From positions 256,001 through 320,000 of the forward strand of contig CAWFOM010000005.1 of assembly GCA_963817385.1 (NCBI GenBank): a DNA stretch of 64,000 nucleotides. Direction: 5' to 3'. The position numbers and the translations under genes are program-made. A model generated the notes under the pieces. The model saw only the letters and a list, made by a program, of their open reading frames with translations. It had not been told where the DNA came from and did not search any database. This DNA comes from an uncultured delta proteobacterium. Its GTDB lineage: Bacteria; Desulfobacterota; Syntrophia; Syntrophales; UBA5619. Every line of letters starts with the position of its first letter. Position 1 is the stretch's first letter. Below, piece by piece: positions 20,890 to 32,644 of the stretch.

Positions 20890-21441
20890 TCAGACGCTTC
20901 CCGCCCCGTTGAGGATGATCCGCTTCAGCATCTCCCAGTCGATATCATTCTCCAGGCAGTCATACCGGGCCGTCAGGATGACCTGGGGAATAACCTTCTT
21001 TTTTTTCAAACGGACCCCTTTGAGGGTGATCGGCGTCGCGCGAATGCCCTTTGCGATCTCAAATTCGCACGCCGCCCCGACGGCGGCCCGGATCCTCTTT
21101 CGTTGGACGAGCCGTTTCGTGAAGCCCGTACTGGGCGAGATGTAGAATTGCCACCCCTGCTCCTCGCAGAGAATGCGAATTTCACCGCACCGGCACTGTT
21201 TGCAATTGACGCAGCGGACCCCCTCGTCCTTGGAGAATCGGGCCTTGCACTCTTCGCCGATCAGACAGTGGGGGAGGATCACCGCCTTTCCCTCCGCCGG
21301 GACCCGGTTGAACTCTTCCCGGTAGAACGCATTGGCGATGCTGGAGATGTTATAGCGGAACCCCAGCCGCCCCAAAAAAGAGCGCATCGGAAAGAAGAAA
21401 AAGGCGGAAATGAATTTGAGTCTGCTGCAATCCTGGGTCAT
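20890..21441 (-). CDS. DUF116 domain protein
   Basis: LPHCL...C...CVNCKQC...GAACE cysteine pattern. Confidence 0.75.
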   Translation of the reverse strand: MTQDCSRLKFISAFFFFPMRSFLGRLGFRYNISSIANAFYREEFNRVPAEGKAVILPHCLIGEECKARFSKDEGVRCVNCKQCRCGEIRILCEEQGWQFYISPSTGFTKRLVQRKRIRAAVGAACEFEIAKGIRATPITLKGVRLKKKKVIPQVILTARYDCLENDIDWEMLKRIILNGAGSV

Positions 21442-21673
21442 CGAATCTTCCCGTCATCCGTCTGATTATCTATTAACCGATAGGAAGCTTTTGCGGCCAC
21501 CCGCATACCGCAGATGGATACCAGAAAGAGGGTGGGAAAGCAATTCCTTTGCGACGTATTGCAGCGCACCACCTTTCAACTTTCGACAAGAGAATATCTA
21601 TGGTATACTCGCTCCGCTTTTGTCGCACGGTTTCTCTATCTTAATAACCATCCACGTGGCGCGGGAGGTGGCG

Positions 21674-22612
21674 TTGAATTCCAGAAAGACGGTCTTTGTG
21701 GTCAATCCTCATGCGGGAAACGGGGCGACGGGCAAAGAGTGGCCCCGGATCAGAAACAGGGCGACGGACCTTCTCGGTCCTTTCGAGCACTGCATGACCG
21801 CCGGACCGGGAGACGCCACCCGGATGACCAGGGATCACCTCCTCAAGGGCGTCGACCGGATCATCTGCGTCGGCGGCGACGGTACGCTCAACGAGGTGGT
21901 CAACGGCTTTTTTGATGAAAACGGTCCCCTCGGGAAGAACGCCGTCCTCGGATTTATCCCCAACGGAACCGGGTGCGATTTCTGCCGGACCATACCCATC
22001 CCGACCGGGCTGGAGGCCTCCCTCGAAACCATCCGGGAGGGTCACATCCGCACCATCGATCTCGGACTGATCCGCTACCGGGACCACGAGGGCCGCACGT
22101 GCGCCCGATACTTTCACAACATCGCCAGCTTCGGCCTCGGGGGAGAGGTCGATGACCGGGTGAACAGGACGAGCAAGGCCTGCGGACCGTTCATCACCTT
22201 CATCTGGAGCACGCTGATCTCCCTTTTCGCCTACGGGAAGAAGCGTATCCGCATCCGGGTGGATGACGGGGATGAGGAGACCGTGGATGTGCTCAATATC
22301 GCCATCGCCAACGGGCGCTATCACGGGGGGGGAATGCTCGTCGCCCCCGACGCCGTAACCGATGACGGCCTCTTCGATGTCACCATCATCGGCGCGATGA
22401 GCCTCCCGCTGGTCTTCTGGCACCTCCCCAAACTCTATACCGGGGGAATCAAGCGTATCCGTCAGGTCTCCATGTCGACCGGGCGACGGGTGATCGCCTC
22501 TTCAGAGCAGCGGGTACTCCTGGATATCGACGGCGAGCAGCCGGGGACCCTGCCGGCCGAACTTTCGATCGTTCCCGGAGCCATCACCATGATCATGAAG
22601 AAATCCCCCTGA
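21674..22612 (+). CDS. diacylglycerol/lipid kinase family protein
   Basis: VVNPHAG, VGGDGTLNEVVNG, PNGTGCDF and DGE motifs; GGAGG before TTG 21674. Confidence 0.88.
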   Translation: MNSRKTVFVVNPHAGNGATGKEWPRIRNRATDLLGPFEHCMTAGPGDATRMTRDHLLKGVDRIICVGGDGTLNEVVNGFFDENGPLGKNAVLGFIPNGTGCDFCRTIPIPTGLEASLETIREGHIRTIDLGLIRYRDHEGRTCARYFHNIASFGLGGEVDDRVNRTSKACGPFITFIWSTLISLFAYGKKRIRIRVDDGDEETVDVLNIAIANGRYHGGGMLVAPDAVTDDGLFDVTIIGAMSLPLVFWHLPKLYTGGIKRIRQVSMSTGRRVIASSEQRVLLDIDGEQPGTLPAELSIVPGAITMIMKKSP

Positions 22613-22663
22613 CCATCTGAGGCTCGGTTGGCCTCGCCTCCCTTCACACCCTTCGAAAGCAAC

Positions 22664-22702
22664 TGGTGCAATACTCCCCAGGCAATGGGGAATATTGCAC
22701 CA
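22664..22702. promoter_or_regulatory. 17-bp inverted repeat, candidate enhancer site for a sigma-54 activator
   Basis: TGGTGCAATACTCCCCA-GGCAA-TGGGGAATATTGCACCA (1 mismatch), about 100 bp upstream of a -24/-12 promoter. Confidence 0.5.
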
Positions 22703-22798
22703 ATGAGACGACCACAGAGTACACCCTTCATGCAGTCCGAAGAAAGATATTCCCCTATTTCTCATGTATTGAATGCATTACCGTATCTCTCGTTACCA

Positions 22799-22814
22799 TG
22801 GCACACGGTATGCA
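22799..22814 (+). promoter_or_regulatory. sigma-54 (-24/-12) promoter
   Basis: TGGCAC-ACGGT-ATGCA with GG-N10-GC spacing, upstream of ATG 22861. Confidence 0.65.
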
Positions 22815-22860
22815 AAGGTTGCGGCAGTCCGGAAATAACGGGCGGAAGGATGGATCGTGG

Positions 22861-23250
22861 ATGAAACGTTTTCTGATAATAACGGCAACCTTGATGCTTC
22901 TCTGCGTCACCCTGGCTTTTGCCGCGGAGAAGAAATCGGCTACCCCTACCCCTCCCCCCCGAGTACCGGAGATGAGCACCGCCGGCAAGGTGATGGAAGT
23001 ATCCGATACGGTCCTGAAGATCGAGCGAACATTGAAGGGCGAGACGGAAACGATGGAATTTTCCCTGGAGAAGCCTTTCACCAATATTGTGGTCGGCAAT
23101 CAGATCAAGGTCACCTATCGCGAAAAAGGCGGTCGGAACATCCTGATCCGGGTTGCGCCGGCAAAAATGACGGCAGTCCAGAAACCGAAAAAGGAAGCAT
23201 CGAAAGCGGCAAGCGTGCCCGGGCAGCAAGCGGCGCCGGGTAAAAAATAA
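22861..23250 (+). CDS. exported hypothetical protein
   Basis: Signal peptide MKRFLII...AFAA; small beta-rich domain with Lys/Pro-rich tails. Confidence 0.7.
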   Translation: MKRFLIITATLMLLCVTLAFAAEKKSATPTPPPRVPEMSTAGKVMEVSDTVLKIERTLKGETETMEFSLEKPFTNIVVGNQIKVTYREKGGRNILIRVAPAKMTAVQKPKKEASKAASVPGQQAAPGKK

Positions 23251-23381
23251 CCGCCGGGCATACGGGTGTTTAATCCTTGACAACGGTTTGTCAGGGTTAT
23301 AGGGGATTTCCTCGTCATCAGCCGGTTGCCGGCTGAGTGGAGGAAATGGTAAAAAACCAAATTAATGAGGAGGAATGTAAG

Positions 23382-23711
23382 ATGAAACGTTTCATGGTAT
23401 GGGCAATCGCAGTAATTTTCCTGTTCTGTACGTCCGCAATTGCAGCAGAGAAGAAGGAAGAGAAGAAGGCAGAACCCGCCGGCACAGCGGCACCCGCCAC
23501 AACGGCTGATGCTGCGAAGGCTGACAAGAAGGACGTGAAGAAGGACGTGAAGAAGGCCGACAAGAAAGACAAAAAGAAGGCCGAGAAGAAAGACAAAAAG
23601 AAGGCCGACAAGGCTGATAAGAAGGTCGAGAAGAAGGACATGAAGAAGGCCGACAAGGCTGAGAAGAAGGTTGAAGAGAAGAAGGACGCCGCAGCTCCCG
23701 CCGCGAAGTAA
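23382..23711 (+). CDS. exported Lys/Asp/Ala-rich low-complexity protein
   Basis: GAGGAGG RBS, signal peptide, repeated KKAD/KKD units. Confidence 0.75.
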   Translation: MKRFMVWAIAVIFLFCTSAIAAEKKEEKKAEPAGTAAPATTADAAKADKKDVKKDVKKADKKDKKKAEKKDKKKADKADKKVEKKDMKKADKAEKKVEEKKDAAAPAAK

Positions 23712-23737
23712 TCCTTTTCCTCAAGCTACTTGTTTTG

Positions 23738-23775
23738 GGGTGGGGGAGCGCATCCCCCACCCTAAAACTTTTTTG
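23738..23775 (+). terminator. rho-independent terminator-like hairpin
   Basis: GGGTGGGGGA-GCGCA-TCCCCCACCC followed by AAAACTTTTTT. Confidence 0.6.
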
Positions 23776-24012
23776 AAAGACCGTCGAAAACGGATGTCGC
23801 CGGTAATCGTTCCCCCTTCCCGATCATTCCCATTCCGCACCGCTCCGCAGAAAAGTTCTCTACACCCCGACGATGAATGCTGTCCAAGAGAGGATTCTCT
23901 TGAAACGATCTTTCGCTAAATCACGACGTGCATTTCCCCCCCGGAGTGTCTATAATACCGCCGGGAAGGCGATCGGGTTTTACGGAAACCGCCTCCGGAG
24001 AGGGATCCGCCG

Positions 24013-25521
24013 ATGACCGTACGCACGCGCCTGATGATCATGACCATCCTGGGGATGGCTGTCACCATGGCCGTTTGGGGGTGGGTGCAGATCGAGGCGT
24101 TGGACCGGATACTGGTCGATCAACAGGGGAAGCGCCTCTCCGGCGTCGCCGAGACGGTCAGCACCTATTACCAGCATTTTCCCACCGGCCAGGGGCTCTC
24201 CACCCTTGTCACCAGCCTCAAGGAACAGATTCAGACCGACGTGCGCCTCGCCCGCATCGACATCTTCACCGTAGACAAATACGACAGCGACGACATCGAA
24301 TACATCGAATACATGGCCGGCGCCAGCCGCGTCCGCTACGAATGGCCGGAGAGCCTCCTGAGCTCCGTGGCGGCGTCGCGCAAGCCCCGTTATGTGCGCC
24401 TTACGACCGAAGACGGTCCTGCCCTGGGGCTTCTCTATCCCGTCAGCTCCGAGAAATCCAAAACGACCCAGTTCATCGTGGGGGTGATCACCTTCAGCCG
24501 GGCGAACGCGGAGATCCTCTCCAGCGCGAAACGACTGCTCGTCATCAGCACGGTCTCCCTTTTGCTCATCATCCTCCTGGTACTCGCCGTAAGCTACCGC
24601 TGGCTCATCGGCCGGCCGCTCAGCATCATCATCCGGACGATCGATGAATTTCAGACGGGACAATATGTAAAGCGGATCCCGATCAAACGCCGGGACGAAT
24701 GGGGGCAACTCGCAGAGCACTTCAATTCGATGGCCCAGGAGATCGAGCAGGTCCTGGCGAGAAATCGGGAACTGACGCGGAATCTCGAAGACCGCATCCA
24801 GGAGGCAACCCGCAGGGTCGTCGAGCTCCAGAAACAGGTCGGCCAGCTCCAGCAGCTCACCGCCCTGGGATACCTCACCGCCACGCTGGCCCACGACCTC
24901 GGGACGCCGCTCCATTCCATTGCCGGCATGGCAAACCTTCTCCAGGAGCGGGGAAACTGGCCGCCGGACGTGGCCCGCAAGCTGGAGCTGATTGTCCAAC
25001 AGACCCAGCGCCTCAACACCGTCATCCAGAATGTCCGGCGCGCCACCCGCCCGCCGGAACCCCATTTCGAGGCGGTCGAAGTCCCGGAACTCCTGAACGA
25101 AACGCTTACCCTCGTCGACCCCCTCATGCGGAAAGCGGGGATCGAGCTCATGGTCCATCTCGATGAAAAGATCCCGCGGATCAACGCGGACCGCTACCGC
25201 ATCCAGACCGCCCTGTTCAATCTGATCCAGAACGCCATGGAGTCGATGCCGGAAGGAGGACTGATCACGGTCTTTGCTCAGGCGGACGGGGAGCGGCGGG
25301 AGGTGTCTCTCACGGTCAAGGACACCGGGAAGGGGATACCGCCGGAGCTGATGGAGAGGGTCTGCGAACCGTTTTTCAGCACGCATCAGGAGGAGGGGCT
25401 GCGGGGGCTGGGGCTGGCCATCGTTCAGGACATCGTCAAGATACACGGAGGACGGATCGCCATCGAGAGCCCTCCGGGCGATGGGACACGGATCGTCCTC
25501 ACCTTCCCCGCGGCAGAATAA
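24013..25521 (+). CDS. membrane sensor histidine kinase (HAMP-HisKA-HATPase)
   Basis: Two TM segments; HAMP DEWGQLAEHFNSM; H-box LAHDLGTPL; N, G1, F and G2 boxes. Confidence 0.92.
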   Translation: MTVRTRLMIMTILGMAVTMAVWGWVQIEALDRILVDQQGKRLSGVAETVSTYYQHFPTGQGLSTLVTSLKEQIQTDVRLARIDIFTVDKYDSDDIEYIEYMAGASRVRYEWPESLLSSVAASRKPRYVRLTTEDGPALGLLYPVSSEKSKTTQFIVGVITFSRANAEILSSAKRLLVISTVSLLLIILLVLAVSYRWLIGRPLSIIIRTIDEFQTGQYVKRIPIKRRDEWGQLAEHFNSMAQEIEQVLARNRELTRNLEDRIQEATRRVVELQKQVGQLQQLTALGYLTATLAHDLGTPLHSIAGMANLLQERGNWPPDVARKLELIVQQTQRLNTVIQNVRRATRPPEPHFEAVEVPELLNETLTLVDPLMRKAGIELMVHLDEKIPRINADRYRIQTALFNLIQNAMESMPEGGLITVFAQADGERREVSLTVKDTGKGIPPELMERVCEPFFSTHQEEGLRGLGLAIVQDIVKIHGGRIAIESPPGDGTRIVLTFPAAE

Positions 25522-25543
25522 ATAGAGAGGTATCTGTCCCTAT

Positions 25544-27890
<2,347 letters not shown>

Positions 27891-28493
27891 TCAATTGTCG
27901 TCGATGCGGTATTTATGCGCCGCCATCAGATCGCACCGGGTCTGGAGCGTCTCGTGCATGCGGGCGTTGTCCAGGGCGATGGCGCTCAGGTTTGCCACCG
28001 CCTTGAGGAATTTGAGCTCCTCGTCGCCGAATTTGCGGATCTTGTCCGCGTAGACCCGAAGCACTCCGATCGCCTTCTTTTCCAGCATGAGCGGCACAAC
28101 GAGGACGGACTTGATCCCCTCCACCTTCGCCATGGCGCCGTACTGAAAATCCTTCGCCGTCCGGGCGTCCTCGAGCCAGACCGTCCGGCCCTTGAGCACC
28201 TTGCGGTCGAGGCCGCTCTCCTCGATGGAAATGGGCCCCTTGCGGATATACCCCTTGGAGAGGCCGCTCGCCGCGCCGAGCACCAGCAAACGCTCCCGGG
28301 AGTCAAGCAGACGGATGCTGCTCGCCTTGACGCCCATCGCCTTGACGACGCACTGCACGATCTTCTCCAGGACCTTCGACGGCTCCAGGGAGGCATTGAT
28401 CACCCTTGCCACATCGTACAGGGCCGCAAAATAATCGACATCCTTCCCTCTCATACCATCACCTCCTGTTTGCATCTTCCTCTCACGTTGCAT
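27891..28493 (-). CDS. stand-alone GAF domain protein
   Basis: SVLVVPL...IGVL...F...LKAVANLSAIALDNARM GAF pattern; start uncertain. Confidence 0.85.
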   Translation of the reverse strand: MQRERKMQTGGDGMRGKDVDYFAALYDVARVINASLEPSKVLEKIVQCVVKAMGVKASSIRLLDSRERLLVLGAASGLSKGYIRKGPISIEESGLDRKVLKGRTVWLEDARTAKDFQYGAMAKVEGIKSVLVVPLMLEKKAIGVLRVYADKIRKFGDEELKFLKAVANLSAIALDNARMHETLQTRCDLMAAHKYRIDDN

Positions 28494-28508
28494 TCGACGG
28501 CCGCTTCC

Positions 28509-28730
28509 TCAACGCACGAATCCCATCATGAGGATCCCCATCCCGGCCAGCCAGCCGATCAGGGGCTTCACCTGCCGGGTTTCATCCCGGCTCCCGTAGT
28601 AGAGAAGGTAGCCGGGAAGCATCGCGCACAGAATCCCTTCCCGCATGCTCTTCTTGAATGCCTTGATGGCGACGATGTCCTGGCAGATGAGCATGATTAA
28701 AAATCCCCCCAGGACCATATTTGAACTCAT
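28509..28730 (-). CDS. small membrane protein
   Basis: Hydrophobic ORF of about 73 aa with upstream GAGGAGG. Confidence 0.55.
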   Translation of the reverse strand: MSSNMVLGGFLIMLICQDIVAIKAFKKSMREGILCAMLPGYLLYYGSRDETRQVKPLIGWLAGMGILMMGFVR

Positions 28731-28862
28731 GTTTCCCACCGGTTGTTCCTCCTCATCCTCCCCTCCGTGAAGGGGTATTGTGCCCCGGCGTTTCCCGCCG
28801 CATGACCGGGAAGGATTATACAGGAAGGCAAATGAAATATCCAGTTATGCCGGGTGAGGTCA

Positions 28863-29657
28863 TTACTCCCCTTCCGCCAGTTCTTCAAGCGCCTCCCGAT
28901 CCAGAATCCGGATCGACCGGCCGTCCATGGCCAGGATCCCGGCGTTACTCATCTTTCGTATCGCCCGTGACAGGGCTTCCGGCGTGGCTCCCAGGATCTT
29001 GGCCAGCTCTCGCTGCGTGATCGTCAATTGAAGATCTCCGCAGGAGACTGCGGAGAATCTTCGATCCTTCAGAGGAACCAACAAATCCGTTTTTGTTCGC
29101 TTACCCCGCGGCAAGTCGCGGGGTAATTGCTCGCGGGCGGATTCCAACCGGTTCATCTCCTCTGCTCCGTGCCTGGTCAGGTCATGGAGCAGGAAGGAGG
29201 CAAGCCGCTGCGGAATCTCCTTCAGGGAGAGGGATTCGATCAGGGTCATCGATTCTTTGAGACGATCGGTGAGGATCTGGATAATGTTCACCAGCAGGCG
29301 CGGTTCCTTCATGGCAACGGCCTCCATCGCCTGTCCGGGAATCAGGAGGATGCCGCTCTCCTCGAGAGCCATGGCGTTTGCCGGAAAGGTATCGACGGCG
29401 AAGGCCGTGCACATGCCGAACGGGTCTCCCGGCCTGAGCAGATAGAGGGTCTGCTCCTTTCCCTCCGGTGAGCTTTTGTAGAGTTTTATCTGGCCGGAGA
29501 TGACGACATAAAAGGCATGGACCGCATCCGTCTCGCCGATGAACATCTCTCCCGCCGGGTACGTCCGGTACCGGGACTGCTCCGCCAGCGCCTGCAGTTT
29601 TTCAGCGGGCACCCCTTCGAATAACTTCAGCCTTCGTATCTGCTGCAGGAGATCCAT
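28863..29657 (-). CDS. Crp/Fnr family transcriptional regulator (HcpR/Dnr-like) carrying a 38-aa insertion
   Basis: cNMP-domain pattern (GQIKLYKSSPEGKEQ, GDPFG), QRLASFLL and HTH GATPEALSR. Confidence 0.9.
   Translation of the reverse strand: MDLLQQIRRLKLFEGVPAEKLQALAEQSRYRTYPAGEMFIGETDAVHAFYVVISGQIKLYKSSPEGKEQTLYLLRPGDPFGMCTAFAVDTFPANAMALEESGILLIPGQAMEAVAMKEPRLLVNIIQILTDRLKESMTLIESLSLKEIPQRLASFLLHDLTRHGAEEMNRLESAREQLPRDLPRGKRTKTDLLVPLKDRRFSAVSCGDLQLTITQRELAKILGATPEALSRAIRKMSNAGILAMDGRSIRILDREALEELAEGE
29028..29141. mobile_element. 114-bp double-hairpin MITE/REP-like element inserted in frame in the Crp/Fnr gene
   Basis: Hairpins TCTCCGCAG-GAGA-CTGCGGAGA (29035-29056) and TTACCCCGCG-GCAAGT-CGCGGGGTAA (29101-29126); removing it restores NRLE-LTITQRELA. 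Confidence 0.65.
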
Positions 29658-29668
29658 AAAAATTTTCT

Positions 29669-29815
29669 CTCGTTGATCCAGATCAATGACACTTCGCGCA
29701 GTGGGGTGTATTTATGGAGCCGACACCAGAAGGTTTTTAGCACAGGGCTCGGTGGGAAACAAACCAAATTTCACGGTTACGCGGCAAATACCTTGCCCCG
29801 CCGTACGCCATGGGG
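29669..29815 (+). repeat. about 147-bp direct repeat, copy A (copy B at 49428-49575); contains an FNR-type box
   Basis: Manual alignment, roughly 90% identical. Confidence 0.9.
29673..29686. promoter_or_regulatory. FNR/Dnr-type binding site
   Basis: TTGATCCAGATCAA matches TTGAT-N4-ATCAA; between the divergent Crp/Fnr gene and chrA. Confidence 0.8.
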
Positions 29816-29851
29816 TATGCATTTTTATATTCAATAGGAATATGGATGATC

Positions 29852-31045
29852 ATGAAACGGCCGACCTTGTTTGAAATTTTGAAGACCGCCCTGTATGTCG
29901 GCACTGTCGGCTACGGCGGACCGGCGATCCTGGCGTTGATGAAGAGGGTCATCGTCCATGAAAAAAAATGGATCTCCGATGAGGAGTTCATGAACGCCTT
30001 GAGCCTGTCGCAGATCTTGCCGGGGGCCACGGGAGTGACCCTGCTGGGTTATATCGGCCAGAAGCTGAAGGGAGGGAGGGGCGGCATCCTGATGCCCTTT
30101 GCGTTTGCCTTTCCGGCAATGACGGCCATCACCATCCTGGCCTGGGCCTATTTCTCGTTCGGCGACCTGAAATTTGTCCATTCGGTCTTCACGGGCCTCG
30201 GGGCGATGGTGGTCGCATTGCTCATCAACGCGACCCTGATGATGGGCAGATCGGTCTTCCAGGGCACGGACCGCAACGCCTTCAAGGGCATCGGTATTGC
30301 GGCGCTTTCATTTTTAGGGATCCTCTATCTGCGCTGGGATGTGGTTTATATCATCCTCATCTCCGGGGCGCTGGGGGCTTTATTCTTTTACTACAGCGGA
30401 GCGGTCGAGCAAGGAAAAGCGCCGAAGCGTCCGGGTAAGGCGGCTGACCTCCCGGAGGCGACCGGATGGCGAAATCTTGTGCCCCCGGCGGCACTGGCTG
30501 TTTTGCTCGCCGTCACCTTTTATTTGGTTGACGGGACGTGGACCCTCTTTGCGACCTTCCTCAAGATCGGCTCGCTCGCCTTCGGCGGCGGCTTTACCGC
30601 CATTCCCATCATTCAAGGCGTCGTCGTCGACGGGATGCACTGGCTCGACCTGACGGCCTTCCGCGATGGGATCGCCCTGGGACAGATAACGCCGGGGCCG
30701 GTCTTCATAACGGCCACCTTCATCGGGTACAAGGTCCAGGGGATCATCGGGGCCGTCATCGCCACGATCGGCATTTTTGCCCCATCGCTTACGGCCATGA
30801 TGTTGCTCAGCCGGGCTCACGCCAGAATCAAGAATCTCAGGATCGTCAAGGCGGTCATCCGGGGGTTCTTGTCCGGTTTTATCGGGCTTCTCCTCTTTGT
30901 CGTCCTGCAGTTCGGCGTCCAGTCCCTCGTCAACTGGCAGGCATGGGCCGTGTTTGCGATTTCCGCGATTTACCTGTTGGGTTGGAAAAAAGACGTTGTA
31001 TGGCTGATCCTGGGGACCATCGGTGTTTCGCTCCTGGCCTTTTGA
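29852..31045 (+). CDS. chrA: chromate efflux transporter (CHR family)
   Basis: Two CHR domains: GYGG...SQILPGA and AFGGG...GQITPGP. Confidence 0.88.
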   Translation: MKRPTLFEILKTALYVGTVGYGGPAILALMKRVIVHEKKWISDEEFMNALSLSQILPGATGVTLLGYIGQKLKGGRGGILMPFAFAFPAMTAITILAWAYFSFGDLKFVHSVFTGLGAMVVALLINATLMMGRSVFQGTDRNAFKGIGIAALSFLGILYLRWDVVYIILISGALGALFFYYSGAVEQGKAPKRPGKAADLPEATGWRNLVPPAALAVLLAVTFYLVDGTWTLFATFLKIGSLAFGGGFTAIPIIQGVVVDGMHWLDLTAFRDGIALGQITPGPVFITATFIGYKVQGIIGAVIATIGIFAPSLTAMMLLSRAHARIKNLRIVKAVIRGFLSGFIGLLLFVVLQFGVQSLVNWQAWAVFAISAIYLLGWKKDVVWLILGTIGVSLLAF

Positions 31046-31194
31046 GTGGATACTTTTGATCCGGTTGGATATCGAACTGGATACTACAACCGGATACTAA
31101 TATATCCATAATGGAATACAAATAAATAGAAATTGCTGCTTCGTAATTTATATATATACTATAATTACGTGTATATAAATATGATAGTCTTCAA

Positions 31195-31210
31195 TGGCAT
31201 GTCTCTTGCT
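31195..31210 (+). promoter_or_regulatory. sigma-54 (-24/-12) promoter
   Basis: TGGCAT-GTCTC-TTGCT upstream of ATG 31252, preceded by an AT-rich tract and GGATAY repeats (31048-31107). Confidence 0.7.
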
Positions 31211-31251
31211 ATATAGCCTGGAAACAATTCTCTTGAAAGGAGACACAAACC

Positions 31252-31740
31252 ATGAAGAAAATAGTAACGATTGTAGCGGTGATCGCCCTGGCGGCGATTG
31301 TGGCTTCCCCGGCGATGGCCTACCGGGGGATGGGGGCGGGGTATGGCAGCGGTCCCGGGAATGTCGCGGATATCGGTGCGGCGCAGGGCCTCGACCTGAC
31401 GGCTGAGCAGACCCAGAAGATCAACGTCCTGCGCGAGGCGCACCTGAAGGACATCAAGCCCCTTCAAGACCAGATGCTGAGCAAGAGCAGAGAACTGAGG
31501 AGCCTGTGGCTGGCTTCGACACCGGACAAGGAGAAGATCCTGGTGCTCCAGAAAGAGGCTCAGGGCCTCCGCGATCAGTTGACAGACAAGCGCACGGCCT
31601 ACCGTCTGGAGGTGCAGCAGGTCCTGACGCCCGAGCAGCAGGCCAAGATTCAGGCCTACGGAGCGGGACGGGGGATGATGCACATGGGTGACGGTCCGGG
31701 CATGATGGGCGGTCACGCCCCCGGCTGGGGAATGCGGTAA
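31252..31740 (+). CDS. Spy/CpxP/ZraP family periplasmic chaperone
   Basis: Signal peptide; LTAEQ and LTPEQQ (LTXXQ) motifs; Gly/Met-rich tail. Confidence 0.85.
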   Translation: MKKIVTIVAVIALAAIVASPAMAYRGMGAGYGSGPGNVADIGAAQGLDLTAEQTQKINVLREAHLKDIKPLQDQMLSKSRELRSLWLASTPDKEKILVLQKEAQGLRDQLTDKRTAYRLEVQQVLTPEQQAKIQAYGAGRGMMHMGDGPGMMGGHAPGWGMR

Positions 31741-31938
31741 CACCATGACGAACGGGCTGAACCTTGCCGGGCGAATCAGCGGGGTCGCCTCACTGAAAAC
31801 GGGAAGGGCGTCGCGCTGGGGCGTCGCGCTCTTCCCGTTATTTTATGACCCGAGAGGGATGCATCCGGAAACGGTTTCCGAACGTTGATCGATGAGTCGG
31901 CCTCTCGCGGGCGAGATAAAAAAAGGAGGGCATGAAAA

Positions 31939-32644
31939 GTGGCCTTGATTTCAGCAAACCAGATCAGCAAGGACTTACCGGGTGGGGGAGGTGACGGTTC
32001 AGGCCCTCCGGGGCGTCAGTTTCGAGATCGAACCCGCCTCGTTCGTCTCTTTCGTCGGGCCTTCGGGGAGCGGCAAGACGACGCTCCTGAACCTCATCGG
32101 CTGCCTCGACAAGCCGACCGAGGGGGCTTTGACGGTCGCCGACACGGACGTGGCCTCCCTGGACCGCAAGGCGAGCGCCGCGTTCCGGGGAAGCACGATC
32201 GGCTTTATCTTTCAGGACTTCAACCTCCTGCCGGTTTTGACGGTGTACGAGAATATCGAATACCCCCTTCTCATGGTTCAAAAGGTCGCGCCCGGAGAAC
32301 GGCGGCGACGGGTGACCGCCCTTCTGGAGGCCGTGGGGATGGCGGATCAGAAGGACAAATATCCCGACCAGATCTCCGGTGGGCAGAAGCAGCGGGTGGC
32401 CATCGCCAGGGCGCTGGTGACCAACCCCAAACTGGTCCTGGCGGACGAACCGACCGCCAATCTGGATCATGATACCGCCTACATGGTTCTGAATCTGATG
32501 AAGAAGATGCGGGACGAATTCAAGACCACCTTCATCTTTTCGACCCATGACCAGAAGATCGTCGGGGAGGCGGAAACCATCTTCACGCTCGAAGACGGCA
32601 AAATCAACAACGCAAAGACCAAGGGAGGAAACGGCAATGGGTAA
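31939..32644 (+). CDS. ABC transporter ATP-binding protein (LolD/MacB-like); frameshift near 31980
   Basis: [23 protein letters not shown] and ADEPTANLD motifs. Confidence 0.9.

Noticed and set aside
23510..23690. Short tandem AAGAAGG-type repeats as a CRISPR array or VNTR
   Set aside because: They are codon repeats of the Lys-rich protein, with no repeat-spacer structure and no cas genes
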